A DNA stretch of 64,000 nt from Candidatus Collierbacteria bacterium (GTDB lineage Bacteria > Patescibacteriota > Microgenomatia > UBA1400 > JACPES01), in contig JACPES010000002.1 of assembly GCA_016183365.1 (NCBI GenBank), positions 12,779 to 76,778 of the forward strand, written 5' to 3'. Of the stretch, positions 15,531-25,025 are shown piece after piece (the first letter of the stretch is position 1; every line of letters starts with the position of its first letter). Below the pieces are notes generated by a model. It was not told where the DNA came from. It saw only the letters and a list, made by a program, of their open reading frames with translations, and made no database searches. Position numbers and translations under genes: made by a program.

Positions 15531-16484
15531 TTATGCCAGTTTTGTGTTAGGATGTCCGGCTAAGAATTGCTTCCAGGACACTGAATTTTTGCCTGGGAGC
15601 TGGACTTCGTCGATGACAAAAGAATGTTGAATGTTGAATGTTGCCCGCCCTCGGCCGAGCCGAGGCGAGGCCGGGGAATGTTGAATAAAGGAAAGATGGG
15701 TTTTTTTGATTGTAATTTCTGATTGTTTCCATTCGTCATTCTTCATTCGCCATTTAACATTGCTTTTTGCGCCGGGCCACGGCGTTACCGCCCTAATAAA
15801 TCTTTCTATCTCAACCGGTGATTTTTCCCAGTCAATCCGACCGGAGTCTTTGGTAAGTCTATGGGTGTAGGGAGTCGGAGATTTTAGCGGCTGCTTAACT
15901 TTATTTAATTGTCCGTTTTCTATCTTTTTTAGCGTTTCGACAATTAATTTACCACCGAGTATTCCTAGTTTTTTTGTGAGCGTTTCGCGGGTGTCAGATC
16001 TTATAATAGTTTTTGCTTGTCCCAACACCGGCCCCCGGTCTATTGCTTCAGTCATTTTCATAATGCTCACTCCGGTTTCTTTGTCACCTGCAGCTATTGC
16101 TTCAAAAACCGGAGATGCTCCGCGCCAGCGGGGTAAAAGCGAGGCGTGAACGTTAAGACAGCCGTATTTTGGCCACTTCAAAACTTCGGCCGGCAAAAAC
16201 GGCGGGCCGAAAGACGCCAAAACGATGGCGTCGGGTCGCGCAAGGCTGAAAGCGCAAGGCTGAAAGCTGAAGGCGGACGTAAGAGAATTGATGGATATGT
16301 CTTTAGGCTGTTTCGCTGGAATGATCTGAATTTTCTTTCGTCTTTCGTCCTTCATCCTTCGTCCTTTATCAATTGCTGCTTCACCCTTGGTGACAACAAT
16401 TGGTACTTCGTGCCCCGCCTTCAATAACGCCTCCAACACCGGCGGGGAAAACCACGGATCCGAGCCAAAGAAAATAATATTCAT
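15531..16484 (-). CDS. fmt: methionyl-tRNA formyltransferase with two in-frame insertions
   Basis: MNIIFFGSDPWFSPPVLEALLKAGHEVPIVVT ... LNVHASLLPRWRGASP ... IDRGPVL. Upstream codons back to 16571 lie in a repeat and were not used. Confidence 0.8.
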   Translation of the reverse strand: MNIIFFGSDPWFSPPVLEALLKAGHEVPIVVTKGEAAIDKGRRMKDERRKKIQIIPAKQPKDISINSLTSAFSFQPCAFSLARPDAIVLASFGPPFLPAEVLKWPKYGCLNVHASLLPRWRGASPVFEAIAAGDKETGVSIMKMTEAIDRGPVLGQAKTIIRSDTRETLTKKLGILGGKLIVETLKKIENGQLNKVKQPLKSPTPYTHRLTKDSGRIDWEKSPVEIERFIRAVTPWPGAKSNVKWRMKNDEWKQSEITIKKTHLSFIQHSPASPRLGRGRATFNIQHSFVIDEVQLPGKNSVSWKQFLAGHPNTKLA

Positions 16485-16542
16485 AATTTGAATTATAGTA
16501 TAAGATATGGATTTAACAGTTGTCATTGTCCCGGTTCCGCCG

Positions 16543-16655
16543 AGGATCCCGCTTAGCGGGACGAGAAACATTACTTGGCGGGCGACGCGGCAATCTATAT
16601 CAAACAGATTCCCACGCCCCGATCAAATCGGGACTCGGAATGACAAAAAGTACGG
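16543..16655. repeat. diverged copy of the family C palindromic repeat upstream of the PIN-domain gene
   Basis: gtcccgcttagcgggac ... aatctatatcaaacagattcc ... ccccgatcaaatcgggg ... cggaatgacaaaaagtacgg. Confidence 0.4.
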
Positions 16656-16661
16656 ATTATT

Positions 16662-17426
16662 ATGAAAACTCCAGCTGAAAGGAAAGAAACAGCCAGGCAA
16701 TTTCTAAAGGAACATACCGGTTCCGGTCAAAGAATAAAGACGCGGGCATTTTATGACGATGATCAGGATGAAATAATTCCCCAGCACGGCCGTAGGGGTA
16801 AAAAGACGGTTCATATAGAACTAAGGCAGGAAAAGTTAAAACATTCTACAACTTTTACCCGCCATTTGGTTGATGATGCTGAAAAAGAGTTTTCTTTCGG
16901 CAACTGGAGAAATGGTGTCGGCACCAGATCGGTGGGAAATCCTTTGGTACCGTTGGTGGTTGTTGACACCAGCGTTATCGTTCGGGCAATTGGAACAAAT
17001 CAGATGAAAGACTGTCGAAAGATTGTTGATTTAGTCACGGACGAGAAAATCAGGCCATGCGTCATTCACTCTTTGGTTCAAGAATATCGGTGGGTCATCG
17101 ACCGCGAGAGTCTTCCCGGTGGTATCCGATTTGACGAGCAAAGCCATCAACTGTTGGATGAATTCCTCGCCCGCTGTCTTGTTTTGTTTGGCTGGCCGGA
17201 AACCTTCCCGGCTACGATTGAAGCAGATCCATCGGATGATATTTTGTTAATCGCTCAAGCCCTGGCCCAAGAGCAACAGGGGAAGCCTTGCGCCATAGTA
17301 TCTCGCGATAACCACGTTCTTGGCCTCCGCAACGCTTCGGAATTAGATATCATACATCCGATCATATATCTTGCCCGACTGGTCACCGATCTTCCCCAAT
17401 CTCTTTTGTCACCCGATAACGATTAA
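16662..17426 (+). CDS. PIN-domain protein (putative nuclease) with an unknown N-terminal domain
   Basis: LVVVDTSVIV ... CAIVSRDNHVL are PIN-like acidic motifs. Confidence 0.5.
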   Translation: MKTPAERKETARQFLKEHTGSGQRIKTRAFYDDDQDEIIPQHGRRGKKTVHIELRQEKLKHSTTFTRHLVDDAEKEFSFGNWRNGVGTRSVGNPLVPLVVVDTSVIVRAIGTNQMKDCRKIVDLVTDEKIRPCVIHSLVQEYRWVIDRESLPGGIRFDEQSHQLLDEFLARCLVLFGWPETFPATIEADPSDDILLIAQALAQEQQGKPCAIVSRDNHVLGLRNASELDIIHPIIYLARLVTDLPQSLLSPDND

Positions 17427-17532
17427 GGATATTCCGTTGTCGGCCGGCAGATAGTCGTCACCAAATCGCCGAATCCTTCTCTTCTTTAGGCGAATGCCAG
17501 TCCGACGACCATGACAATGCACCTAGCCTTGA

Positions 17533-18405
17533 TCACTCAATATCCAAATTCGGGAGGAGATGGGGGGCGTTATTACATGCCCAATCCTTTTGCGCCGGCG
17601 TCATGTCATTCCACCGATCGCGAACCGCGTATTCCGCGCTTCTTAAGTAATAGCCGGAACTTGTCACTACTGTATTTTTTCCGGCAATGACGTGCTCAAC
17701 AAATCCAGCCGGTTCAGTTGTTTTGTATGAGACTGTATCTGGAGGGAGGGAAGCCGCCTGCGCATGGCAATAATCAACGCTCTGTCTGATTTCGGCGGTG
17801 TAATCACCATGGACCGGAGCTTGCCGCACTGCCCGGTCGACGGTTGTGTCGATAGCCCGGTTGACCACCTGCGTCTCGATCTGTCTAGCCAGGGGAATAT
17901 TCGTTAGCGGTTGTTTATCTGTTATTAACCCCAGCGTTGCCAGAGCCTTCATGAAAAACCAGGGTTGAGGCATTTCAGTCTCGGATTGCGCATAAGCCAA
18001 AGCCGCTTCCTTTGGCAATTGAGCATCAGGTAAAGTATTAATTTCGGTTCTCGCGACAGGTGGTGAATCAGATCGGGGGTGGGTATTTGCCGCAATCGCG
18101 CGGACAGTGGCGGTTGGGAATCCGGCTGGACTGGTGGTTGCTTGAATTTCTACGCGAGCTGTGTCACCGATGGCCAAACCCATTGCTTGCCTCACATCGG
18201 TATAAACACGGTGGCGGGCGAAATGTTCCAAATCAGCCGCTTTATCGAGTAGATGTCTGGCTACATTCCCAGGAGCAGTTGCAGCCGCGGACCGGTAAGC
18301 ATTGGCTCTATCAATGAGGCCGGATATTTGCCTGGCTGCTGTTTGGCTGATGTCTGTCGGGTAGGTTCCAAAAGCGATTTTTTGGTCAACGTTGCCTCTT
18401 GCCAT
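17533..18405 (-). CDS. hypothetical protein (last gene of the GC-rich block)
   Basis: 290 aa with no recognisable domain. About 53% GC against roughly 40% in the flanks. Confidence 0.5.
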   Translation of the reverse strand: MARGNVDQKIAFGTYPTDISQTAARQISGLIDRANAYRSAAATAPGNVARHLLDKAADLEHFARHRVYTDVRQAMGLAIGDTARVEIQATTSPAGFPTATVRAIAANTHPRSDSPPVARTEINTLPDAQLPKEAALAYAQSETEMPQPWFFMKALATLGLITDKQPLTNIPLARQIETQVVNRAIDTTVDRAVRQAPVHGDYTAEIRQSVDYCHAQAASLPPDTVSYKTTEPAGFVEHVIAGKNTVVTSSGYYLRSAEYAVRDRWNDMTPAQKDWACNNAPHLLPNLDIE

Positions 18406-18407
18406 AA

Positions 18408-19277
18408 TTAATCCTCAAAGGTAAACGTTATTCCGCCGGATACGGAAACTTCGCTTGAGACAAAGGTTGATGAGGCGGCAACGACCCCTGGACCTGGCCC
18501 GCCGATAACACCAACGCCGTGTTGATAGATATGAATTGTTGGCGGAGATCCATCAAAGCTAACTCCAGCTCCGAGGTGTTGGACAGCTTGGGCGCGAGCA
18601 GTAATTTTTGGGTGAACGCCGGCGGTAATTTTCTGACCCATTAACTCGGTTTGTATTCGGCCCAGCAGATCGCCGAAAGATTGAGCGAATGTCTCCAGCA
18701 TGCGATCGGCGGCTTGCAGACCGGTTTGCAAATTAACGGCCATTTGTGTTTGAACCGCCGCGTCCAAAACAGACATGTTTGGGGTAATCCTGCTGGTTAT
18801 TGCAGCGAATGCATCTTGAAGTCGCGCTGATTCCGCCGGTTCCTGGACATCCGGGTACGGCTGGTCATGTTTGATAATAGCACCGGGAGTGACAGACGTA
18901 GGCGGAGCCGGGAAAGATCGACGAACAATGGCTTTTAGCGCCAGATCGCCGCCGCCGCTTTGGTAAGCATTGGTTAGCATTAGCATGGTTTCTGGTGTCC
19001 ACCTTTTGGTGTAATCGCCAGTGGTTTTGTCTCCGAATTGCCATAAGTCTGCTTCGGGAGAATGAGCGCCGATGCCGTCTCTAACTAAGAGGGAAACGGC
19101 ATGCAAGCGCTCCAAGACCTCTTTCTGACCTGGAGCTAAATCTCCATAATGAAGCGCGGCGTAAATTTCACGATGAATTTGATCATCGGGATTGAATAGC
19201 CTGTGAGTAATAGCATTGCCACGGCCGACAGCACCATCAGTCATTCCTCTGGTAAACTCACTAATATTAATGGTCAT
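18408..19277 (-). CDS. hypothetical protein (GC-rich block)
   Basis: 289 aa with a Gly-rich C-terminus. A 2-nt spacer separates it from the downstream gene. Confidence 0.5.
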   Translation of the reverse strand: MTINISEFTRGMTDGAVGRGNAITHRLFNPDDQIHREIYAALHYGDLAPGQKEVLERLHAVSLLVRDGIGAHSPEADLWQFGDKTTGDYTKRWTPETMLMLTNAYQSGGGDLALKAIVRRSFPAPPTSVTPGAIIKHDQPYPDVQEPAESARLQDAFAAITSRITPNMSVLDAAVQTQMAVNLQTGLQAADRMLETFAQSFGDLLGRIQTELMGQKITAGVHPKITARAQAVQHLGAGVSFDGSPPTIHIYQHGVGVIGGPGPGVVAASSTFVSSEVSVSGGITFTFED

Positions 19278-19382
19278 AACAGTGCTTTATTGTATCCAAA
19301 TTTAACTTATCAGTCAACCCCCCGCGGTATAATTTTATCGCCTTAACCGACATTAATTGTCAACATAGTTTTGCTGGATGAG

Positions 19383-20414
19383 CTAAGTGGTGGAGCTTAT
19401 TTGCCTTTTGCCCCGTCGAGTAAAGCGACTGAAGATAACCGTGGGAATGGTTCCTGCCAATAAGCCCATAAATCCTCCGGTAAGAGTATTTTGCCAAAAA
19501 GTTTCAGTAGTAATAGGATAACCATGTTGGAGGGAGAAATAGGCGTAAAGCAGTGCTCCGGCAGGAGTGGCGATCGCAACCGGGATAGCTGCATCCGGCA
19601 AAACTTCAGCTCCCCAACCAATGGCAGAATGGGGTAGAGAAATAACTACCCCTATAATTCTGGCCAGAACACTCCCCGAAGTATTAATGGCAGAGCCGAC
19701 GCCCCTATCTACCAATTCAGCCATACTGACCAAAGTCTGTTCTCCTATTGCCTCTGTCAACTTAATAGCTTCAACTAGAGCCACTCGAGGAAACACCATC
19801 GTTCTCCTGCCGGAATTTTCTACCTTGGCAACAAAGAGATTAGTCTCGGCTTGCATAGCAGGCAGTTCGGCGATGGCAATTTCTTTTCTGGCCTGCATGG
19901 CCGTAACGCCAGCGCACACGGTGCGTTTAATTCCGTCAGCCACTAGATCAAAGAGCTGATCTTGAGGCATACCTTCGGGGATTTGGATCACCCCTTGTTT
20001 TTTTAGGCCATCAGCCAATTGAGCGAAGGCGTCAAACCTGGCTAAAGTTACTGTCGTGGCGCGAGCGATTCTAGCGGGAGCGTCCTTGCCTCGAATATCT
20101 TCAAGAATCCGATAGAACAAAGCAGCTGCTATCTGCTCACCGCCTTCGACGCCCCCGAAAGCTCCACCCACAATAGTTGTCAGCGCTGACCCAAGGAGAG
20201 ACTCTGCTTGAAGAAAGATTTGGGAATATGAAGGTCTAATATTATCCGGTTCCAGAGTTTCCGTCAATAATTTTCTGCCTGGACTCATCGCGTCTCCGAC
20301 ACCGATTCCAGTTGTTGGTCCGGTTCGACCTTCTTGTTCGAAGAACATAAGCCTTGTTGATTTAACCCAAAACTCCGCTAAATCTAGCGGAGTTGATGCA
20401 CTAGTTGTTTCCAA
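19383..20414 (-). CDS. hypothetical membrane protein, paralog of 21103-22251
   Basis: It has a TTIVGGAFGGVEGG motif, matching TTAVGGAIGGYKGG in the paralog, and C-terminal TM helices. Confidence 0.55.
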   Translation of the reverse strand: METTSASTPLDLAEFWVKSTRLMFFEQEGRTGPTTGIGVGDAMSPGRKLLTETLEPDNIRPSYSQIFLQAESLLGSALTTIVGGAFGGVEGGEQIAAALFYRILEDIRGKDAPARIARATTVTLARFDAFAQLADGLKKQGVIQIPEGMPQDQLFDLVADGIKRTVCAGVTAMQARKEIAIAELPAMQAETNLFVAKVENSGRRTMVFPRVALVEAIKLTEAIGEQTLVSMAELVDRGVGSAINTSGSVLARIIGVVISLPHSAIGWGAEVLPDAAIPVAIATPAGALLYAYFSLQHGYPITTETFWQNTLTGGFMGLLAGTIPTVIFSRFTRRGKRQISSTT

Positions 20415-20426
20415 ATCTAGTTTGGA

Positions 20427-21083
20427 TTACTCCAGTGTATCATTTAGTAATCTCTCTTTCTCGTTAATGCCGATCATCCAGGCAAAACCGCCAATGGCAT
20501 AAATGGCATCAACCGCCAATCTTGCCGTCCCCAGGCCGATTAAGGCATCACAGACGATTAAACCTGGTCCGCCAAAACCCGCAGCCATCCTCGCGCCCTC
20601 TCTTACTGCCTGAACCCAGGGGTTAACCCTCTCAATGCGATGAGGAGCAAATTGAGCCTCCACATTTGCCTCTACCTGTCTTGCGACTAATTCCTCAATC
20701 GTCTCACCTTCCTCCAATCGAAGTTTGCCAGTTGCTTTCAACCCTGCTATTTTCTTTATGACTTCAGGTTCTACTCCTTGCTGGATCTGTTGACGCAATT
20801 GCGCATTCTTAGCCCTAACGGTTCTGTCATACCACTTGGAGCGTGTTAAACCAAAACTCTGTACAGCACCGCCTCCAAAGGCCAAAAATTCAATCAAAGC
20901 CGCCGGAACCCATTCGGCTAGATCAGTACTTAACGTAATCCCGGAGGCAACACCTGGTGCGGCCTCCGCATTTTTAGCGATCAGTGCCACAGCTAATCCG
21001 AAGAGTACTCCCCAGGCAGGAGTGGGAAGGCGAGACCCTCTCTCTTTGGCAGCGACAAACATTTTTTCTATATTTTCATTCAT
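20427..21083 (-). CDS. hypothetical membrane protein (GC-rich block)
   Basis: N-terminal TM helix (PAWGVLFGLAVALIA), an AFGGGAVQSFG motif and a hydrophobic C-terminus. Confidence 0.5.
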   Translation of the reverse strand: MNENIEKMFVAAKERGSRLPTPAWGVLFGLAVALIAKNAEAAPGVASGITLSTDLAEWVPAALIEFLAFGGGAVQSFGLTRSKWYDRTVRAKNAQLRQQIQQGVEPEVIKKIAGLKATGKLRLEEGETIEELVARQVEANVEAQFAPHRIERVNPWVQAVREGARMAAGFGGPGLIVCDALIGLGTARLAVDAIYAIGGFAWMIGINEKERLLNDTLE

Positions 21084-21102
21084 TTTTTCCTCCTTTGATT
21101 AA

Positions 21103-22251
21103 TTACTTTGTCTCTTCCGCATGATCAACGAGTCTAACTTCGCCTTCAACAATTTCCGGTTCATTTGCTTCAGAATTCTCTGTGAACCGTTTCCCATCGA
21201 AATAGGAAGAATTTCTCCGCCGATCCAACCAGGCAACAGCGGTTCCTATTGGAACGGCTATCATCAGACCAAGTACGCCAGAGAATCCTACAGTGAGTAA
21301 CTTTTCTCCAAGAGTGGCTGCGGGAATCAGACTGCCCGCGGCAATTAAAACGGAGGTGCCTACTGGAAAAAGCGCGAAGGCCGCCATCCCGGCGGCAGCT
21401 CCCGGAGTAATTTCTTCGGTGACTTCTTTAATGCCATCGGCAATTCCTTTGAACGGCCCAACGATTAAAGCGGCGGTTGTCCTTCCGGGAATTTCTGCTC
21501 CTACGGCCAAGGTTTGAGCCAGAGCCTCCATCATTCCCGGACCGATTTCCTTAGCTAATTGAACGGGAAGGCGACCAAAGATTTCAACAGCTGCTCCGAC
21601 AAAGGGTGCTACCGTTAATCTTCCTGCGGCTTCTGCCTGCAAAACCATGGTTTTTAACTCAATATCCAGAGCTTCCTGTTCAACTTTGGCCAGCCTTTTT
21701 TCTCCCCCGGCTTCTTGTTCCCGCAGGGTAGTAACAGCGTTCATGAAGCGGGCGGCCACGACGACGGCTTCTCCGGGAGCAGTTTCTTTTTCAAAAACGC
21801 CGAGCCGTTTTAGCTGTGTAATGAGCTCCATTGCTGATTGGGCGTTAAGTAGGGTATCACCCCATTCATAGACAGTTCGCCAGAGTTCGGCTCGGCCTCG
21901 GGTTTCAGTTAGGCCCATCTCTATTTCCTCCACGGTGCGCATCAGCCCGCCTTTATATCCGCCTATTGCCCCGCCAACTGCAGTTGTGGGCAAACTGGCC
22001 AAACCAGCGGCCACTTGCTGGACAAATTCTAAGGGATTAGTGCCAATTCTTTCGGTTAAGGCGTCAACAGCGGTTTTAACTGGAGTCGGGACAACTTCTC
22101 TTTGATTGACTAGGGAGATGGGGCCGTCTCCGATTAGTGGTGGTAAATCATGACGTTTTAGTTCTTCGAAGTCAACTTGGACAGAACTAACGACTACTGT
22201 CGATTCTGCTGGAACTGGTAATCCTGGTGATTTCTCTGGACTTAGACCCAT
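21103..22251 (-). CDS. hypothetical membrane protein, paralog of 19383-20414 (first gene of the block)
   Basis: 382 aa; soluble N-terminal domain with a Gly-rich motif and C-terminal TM helices. Confidence 0.55.
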   Translation of the reverse strand: MGLSPEKSPGLPVPAESTVVVSSVQVDFEELKRHDLPPLIGDGPISLVNQREVVPTPVKTAVDALTERIGTNPLEFVQQVAAGLASLPTTAVGGAIGGYKGGLMRTVEEIEMGLTETRGRAELWRTVYEWGDTLLNAQSAMELITQLKRLGVFEKETAPGEAVVVAARFMNAVTTLREQEAGGEKRLAKVEQEALDIELKTMVLQAEAAGRLTVAPFVGAAVEIFGRLPVQLAKEIGPGMMEALAQTLAVGAEIPGRTTAALIVGPFKGIADGIKEVTEEITPGAAAGMAAFALFPVGTSVLIAAGSLIPAATLGEKLLTVGFSGVLGLMIAVPIGTAVAWLDRRRNSSYFDGKRFTENSEANEPEIVEGEVRLVDHAEETK

Positions 22252-22472
22252 TTTAATCTTAATCTGGACAGGAAAATATTTGGGAAGAAAAATTTGTTAA
22301 GCTGATAATATCATTTCTCATTGTTATGTCAAGTTTCAGGTTATAATCGCCTTATGCCAGCCGGATTTAATTTAGCAAAGACCACAATTCTTCCAAACCT
22401 TAGCCAAATTCTAGCGGTCAATGGTTCTGATGGGGTGCCGGTTTCTAATCAGGCGGAACCTAATTAAAAACG

Positions 22473-22508
22473 TCAATACTTAAAAGCGATAGCTTTCAAG
22501 TATTGACA
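22473..22508. promoter_or_regulatory. palindromic putative operator gtcaatactt-N16-aagtattgac in the divergent promoter region
   Basis: gtcaatacttaaaagcgatagctttcaagtattgac. Related sites at 23368-23403 and 29292-29327 share the gcgatagc core. Confidence 0.45.
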
Positions 22509-22539
22509 TAATGATAAATTATCTGTACCATTTTTTTAA

Positions 22540-23388
22540 ATGGGAAGAGCTAAAGAAACCGCTCGGGTAATTTCTAAACTAACCGGCGAAATCGCCGTTA
22601 CAGCTCTGGATTTGGTAGTGCTTGCCGCAGCTGCCGCCGGCGGTTTCTTTTTATACGGCCCTAGTGGAAAAGATCTATATGTTGATTATAAAACCAAAAA
22701 AGCCCTGGCCGCAGCCGATCGTTTTTTTACCAAATGGAATCAATCTAATTTTCGTCGCGCGGTCGGTCGGGCAGCCGGGGAGGGGTTGATAAAACGGATT
22801 GCAGGTGGTTACGAGCTAACAGAAACCGGCCAGGAAAAATTAAGAGAATTGCTCCCGAATTACAAAAAACAGCGCCCCTGGGATGGCCGTTTATGGTTGA
22901 TAACTTATGATATTCCCGAAGATACAAAGGAGAAAAGAGAAAAATTTAGAAAATTCTTGAAAGAAATTGGTTGCCGCATGGTTCAGAAATCTGTCTGGCT
23001 GTCGCTGAAGGATCCTCATATCTGGTTAGTCGTCAGAATAAATTCTCTCCGTCTTCAGGGGAGGGTGATTATCTCCTGTTTGGGCAAAGATGGGAGTTTA
23101 GGAGATGAAGGGGTTACCAAAATGGTTTCTCGGATATTTGACCTGAAGAAAATAAATAGAGAGTATCGACGCTGGGTAAAACATGCTTTGGTAACTGATA
23201 AAGCAGGCATTTTCCATCACGGCTTGCGTTTTTTGGCGATTTTAAGAGACGACTCCGTGGTTCCCAAGGAATTGTTGCCTGTCGATTGGATGGGGGAGCA
23301 AGCTCTGAAAATATTTGAAGATAAATTCAAACCTCAAATGGGTCTGATAGGAAACTATTTGGTTAACGTCAATACTTCAAAGCGATAG
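22540..23388 (+). CDS. PaaX-family-like transcriptional regulator with an N-terminal membrane anchor
   Basis: RPWDGRLWLITYDIPEDTKEKREKFRKFLKEIGCRMVQKSVWLS matches the PaaX C-terminal signature (W.G.W....IPE...R......L...G......SVW.S). Preceded by a winged-helix-like region, with a TM helix at residues 20-42. Confidence 0.5.
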   Translation: MGRAKETARVISKLTGEIAVTALDLVVLAAAAAGGFFLYGPSGKDLYVDYKTKKALAAADRFFTKWNQSNFRRAVGRAAGEGLIKRIAGGYELTETGQEKLRELLPNYKKQRPWDGRLWLITYDIPEDTKEKREKFRKFLKEIGCRMVQKSVWLSLKDPHIWLVVRINSLRLQGRVIISCLGKDGSLGDEGVTKMVSRIFDLKKINREYRRWVKHALVTDKAGIFHHGLRFLAILRDDSVVPKELLPVDWMGEQALKIFEDKFKPQMGLIGNYLVNVNTSKR

Positions 23389-23403
23389 CAACAGAGTATT
23401 GAC
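23368..23403. promoter_or_regulatory. second copy of the gtcaatactt ... agtattgac palindrome, just past the regulator's stop codon
   Basis: gtcaatacttcaaagcgatagcaacagagtattgac. Confidence 0.4.
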
Positions 23404-23671
23404 TACTAATGTAAAAAATCAATATAAGTCAATCAAATATAAGTCAATCAAAATTTAGGGATAGAATTTTGTTATCTCTTCGGCCAGTTAGGCGGATGTG
23501 TCTTAACAACAGCTATCGATAAAAAGATTTATGTGAGTTACTCTGTCAAAGAAGTAGTTGACCAAATAGATCGACTCCAACACGAACTGGTTCGTGAAGC
23601 GATGAAGATAATGGGAATAAAGTCGGGAGAGGTGTGGATATTTAGGTTGGTTTGACCGGTCAAGATGACAT

Positions 23672-24961
23672 TTACTGCGGGCACTGGTAATTGGAAGGTT
23701 GACAGGTTGCGTTGCAGCATTTGCTGCTTTGGCATTGGGAGTTGGAACTACAACTTTGTCCATTGGGTTTTCTAGTTGGGGTGGGAGTGGGCGTGGGCAG
23801 CGGGTTTCCGCAACAGTAACCCCCGGAAGGGACACAAGTCCCCGAGGCGGTATATTTTCCCAACTGGTAGCAACTGACTCCGTAATAACACTGCCCTGTA
23901 CAAGTTGAAGCCGGAGTGGGAGTGGAAGTAGGTCTCGGTGTGGGAGTGGAAGTAGGACGAGGAGTAGGTGTGGGAGTAGGCTTTTTGGTCGGTGTGGGAG
24001 TAGGCTTTTTGGTGGGTGTGGGAGTGGAAGTAGGTCTCGGTGTGGGAGTAGGGGTGGGTGTGCCAATGGTAAATCTATTACTTGCTGAAACAGGGACTAA
24101 TTGACTATCTTGCGTGAAAGAATTGGAGGCATAAACACTCCAGTAATATTCGTGACCACGGATGAGATCGAACACATTACACTCGATTGCTTCTTCAGCG
24201 GGGGGGTTGGAGTAAAATCTTTGTTCGCATGTAGTTCTGGTTGTGCCGCTGGTTACGTCATACAACTGATAATAATGGCTAACAGGCCTATAACAATTGT
24301 GCCAGATAATTCGTGAATTAAGATGTACATCTTGCACGTCAGGGGGAAATTTGGTGTAGTTCGGCGGGTAATCAAGGATAATTTCCGGTTTCTGTCCTGG
24401 ACAGGCGTTAACACTGAAATTTCTGGTTTCAGAAAGTAATTCCAGGTAGGTTCTACTACTGGCTTTCACTTGCCACGAGTATTCGTTGCCCCAAGAAACC
24501 GGTACTGAACACTCAAATTCCCAAACTGATTTTCCAAACTCGTATGATTCACAGGATGGGATGGTAGTACCGGTGGTTAAGTTGGAAAAGACGATATAGT
24601 ATCTTGTCTCTTCCGAGCACTCCTTAATATCAAAAGATCCGGTAAGTTTAACCATACTTGTATCATCGGGAAAAGAGAAATTATCTGCCGGGGTAGAGAG
24701 AGTAATTTCAGGGAAGTCTCCAGTACAGAGCGGTATAGCTGGTATTGGCATAATTGATTTGGAGGCCAAGGAATAGATTCTTTGGGTATTTTGAAAAAGA
24801 AATATTCCTATTACCAGACCAATTGCCAGACCAACACCGAGTCGAAACAGGACAGTTAGATTTCGAGAATCGAGATTTTTTTTGAGTTTTTTGAGATTAT
24901 TTTGAAATTGCTTCATTAGCATCAGTATTATTAGTGTTTCACTTGGCGACATGAATGTCAA
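23672..24961 (-). CDS. cell-surface protein: signal anchor, beta-rich domains, Pro/Thr linker and a Cys-rich C-terminal module
   Basis: N-terminal TM helix ([22 protein letters not shown]), a [23 protein letters not shown]... linker, and a C-terminal cluster of about 18 Cys. Confidence 0.55.
   Translation of the reverse strand: MTFMSPSETLIILMLMKQFQNNLKKLKKNLDSRNLTVLFRLGVGLAIGLVIGIFLFQNTQRIYSLASKSIMPIPAIPLCTGDFPEITLSTPADNFSFPDDTSMVKLTGSFDIKECSEETRYYIVFSNLTTGTTIPSCESYEFGKSVWEFECSVPVSWGNEYSWQVKASSRTYLELLSETRNFSVNACPGQKPEIILDYPPNYTKFPPDVQDVHLNSRIIWHNCYRPVSHYYQLYDVTSGTTRTTCEQRFYSNPPAEEAIECNVFDLIRGHEYYWSVYASNSFTQDSQLVPVSASNRFTIGTPTPTPTPRPTSTPTPTKKPTPTPTKKPTPTPTPRPTSTPTPRPTSTPTPASTCTGQCYYGVSCYQLGKYTASGTCVPSGGYCCGNPLPTPTPTPTRKPNGQSCSSNSQCQSSKCCNATCQPSNYQCPQ
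23905..24062. repeat. tandem repeats that encode the Pro/Thr-rich linker
   Basis: Repeated ggtgtgggagtggaagtaggtctc units. Confidence 0.6.
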
Positions 24962-25025
24962 GGGGTTGACCCTCGGATGCTTGACGGCGCGATAAGAAGT
25001 TTGGGTGAATTGTATCTAAATTTTC

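Noticed and set aside
16485-16571. 29-codon upstream extension of fmt (MFLVPLSGILGGTGTMTTVKSISYTIIQI)
   Set aside because: It lies within the family C repeat copy, and the conserved Fmt N-terminus begins at MNIIFFGS.
19397-21871. Short ORFs inside the GC-rich block (19397-19621, 19567-19959, 20836-21102, 21293-21517, 21647-21871)
   Set aside because: These are antisense or alternative-frame ORFs within longer, better-supported genes. High GC inflates spurious ORF length.
23503-24104. ORFs 23503-24066(-), 23699-23908(+) and 23916-24104(+)
   Set aside because: They are alternative-frame translations of the Pro/Thr-linker tandem repeats (poly-GVG/PLP artefacts).
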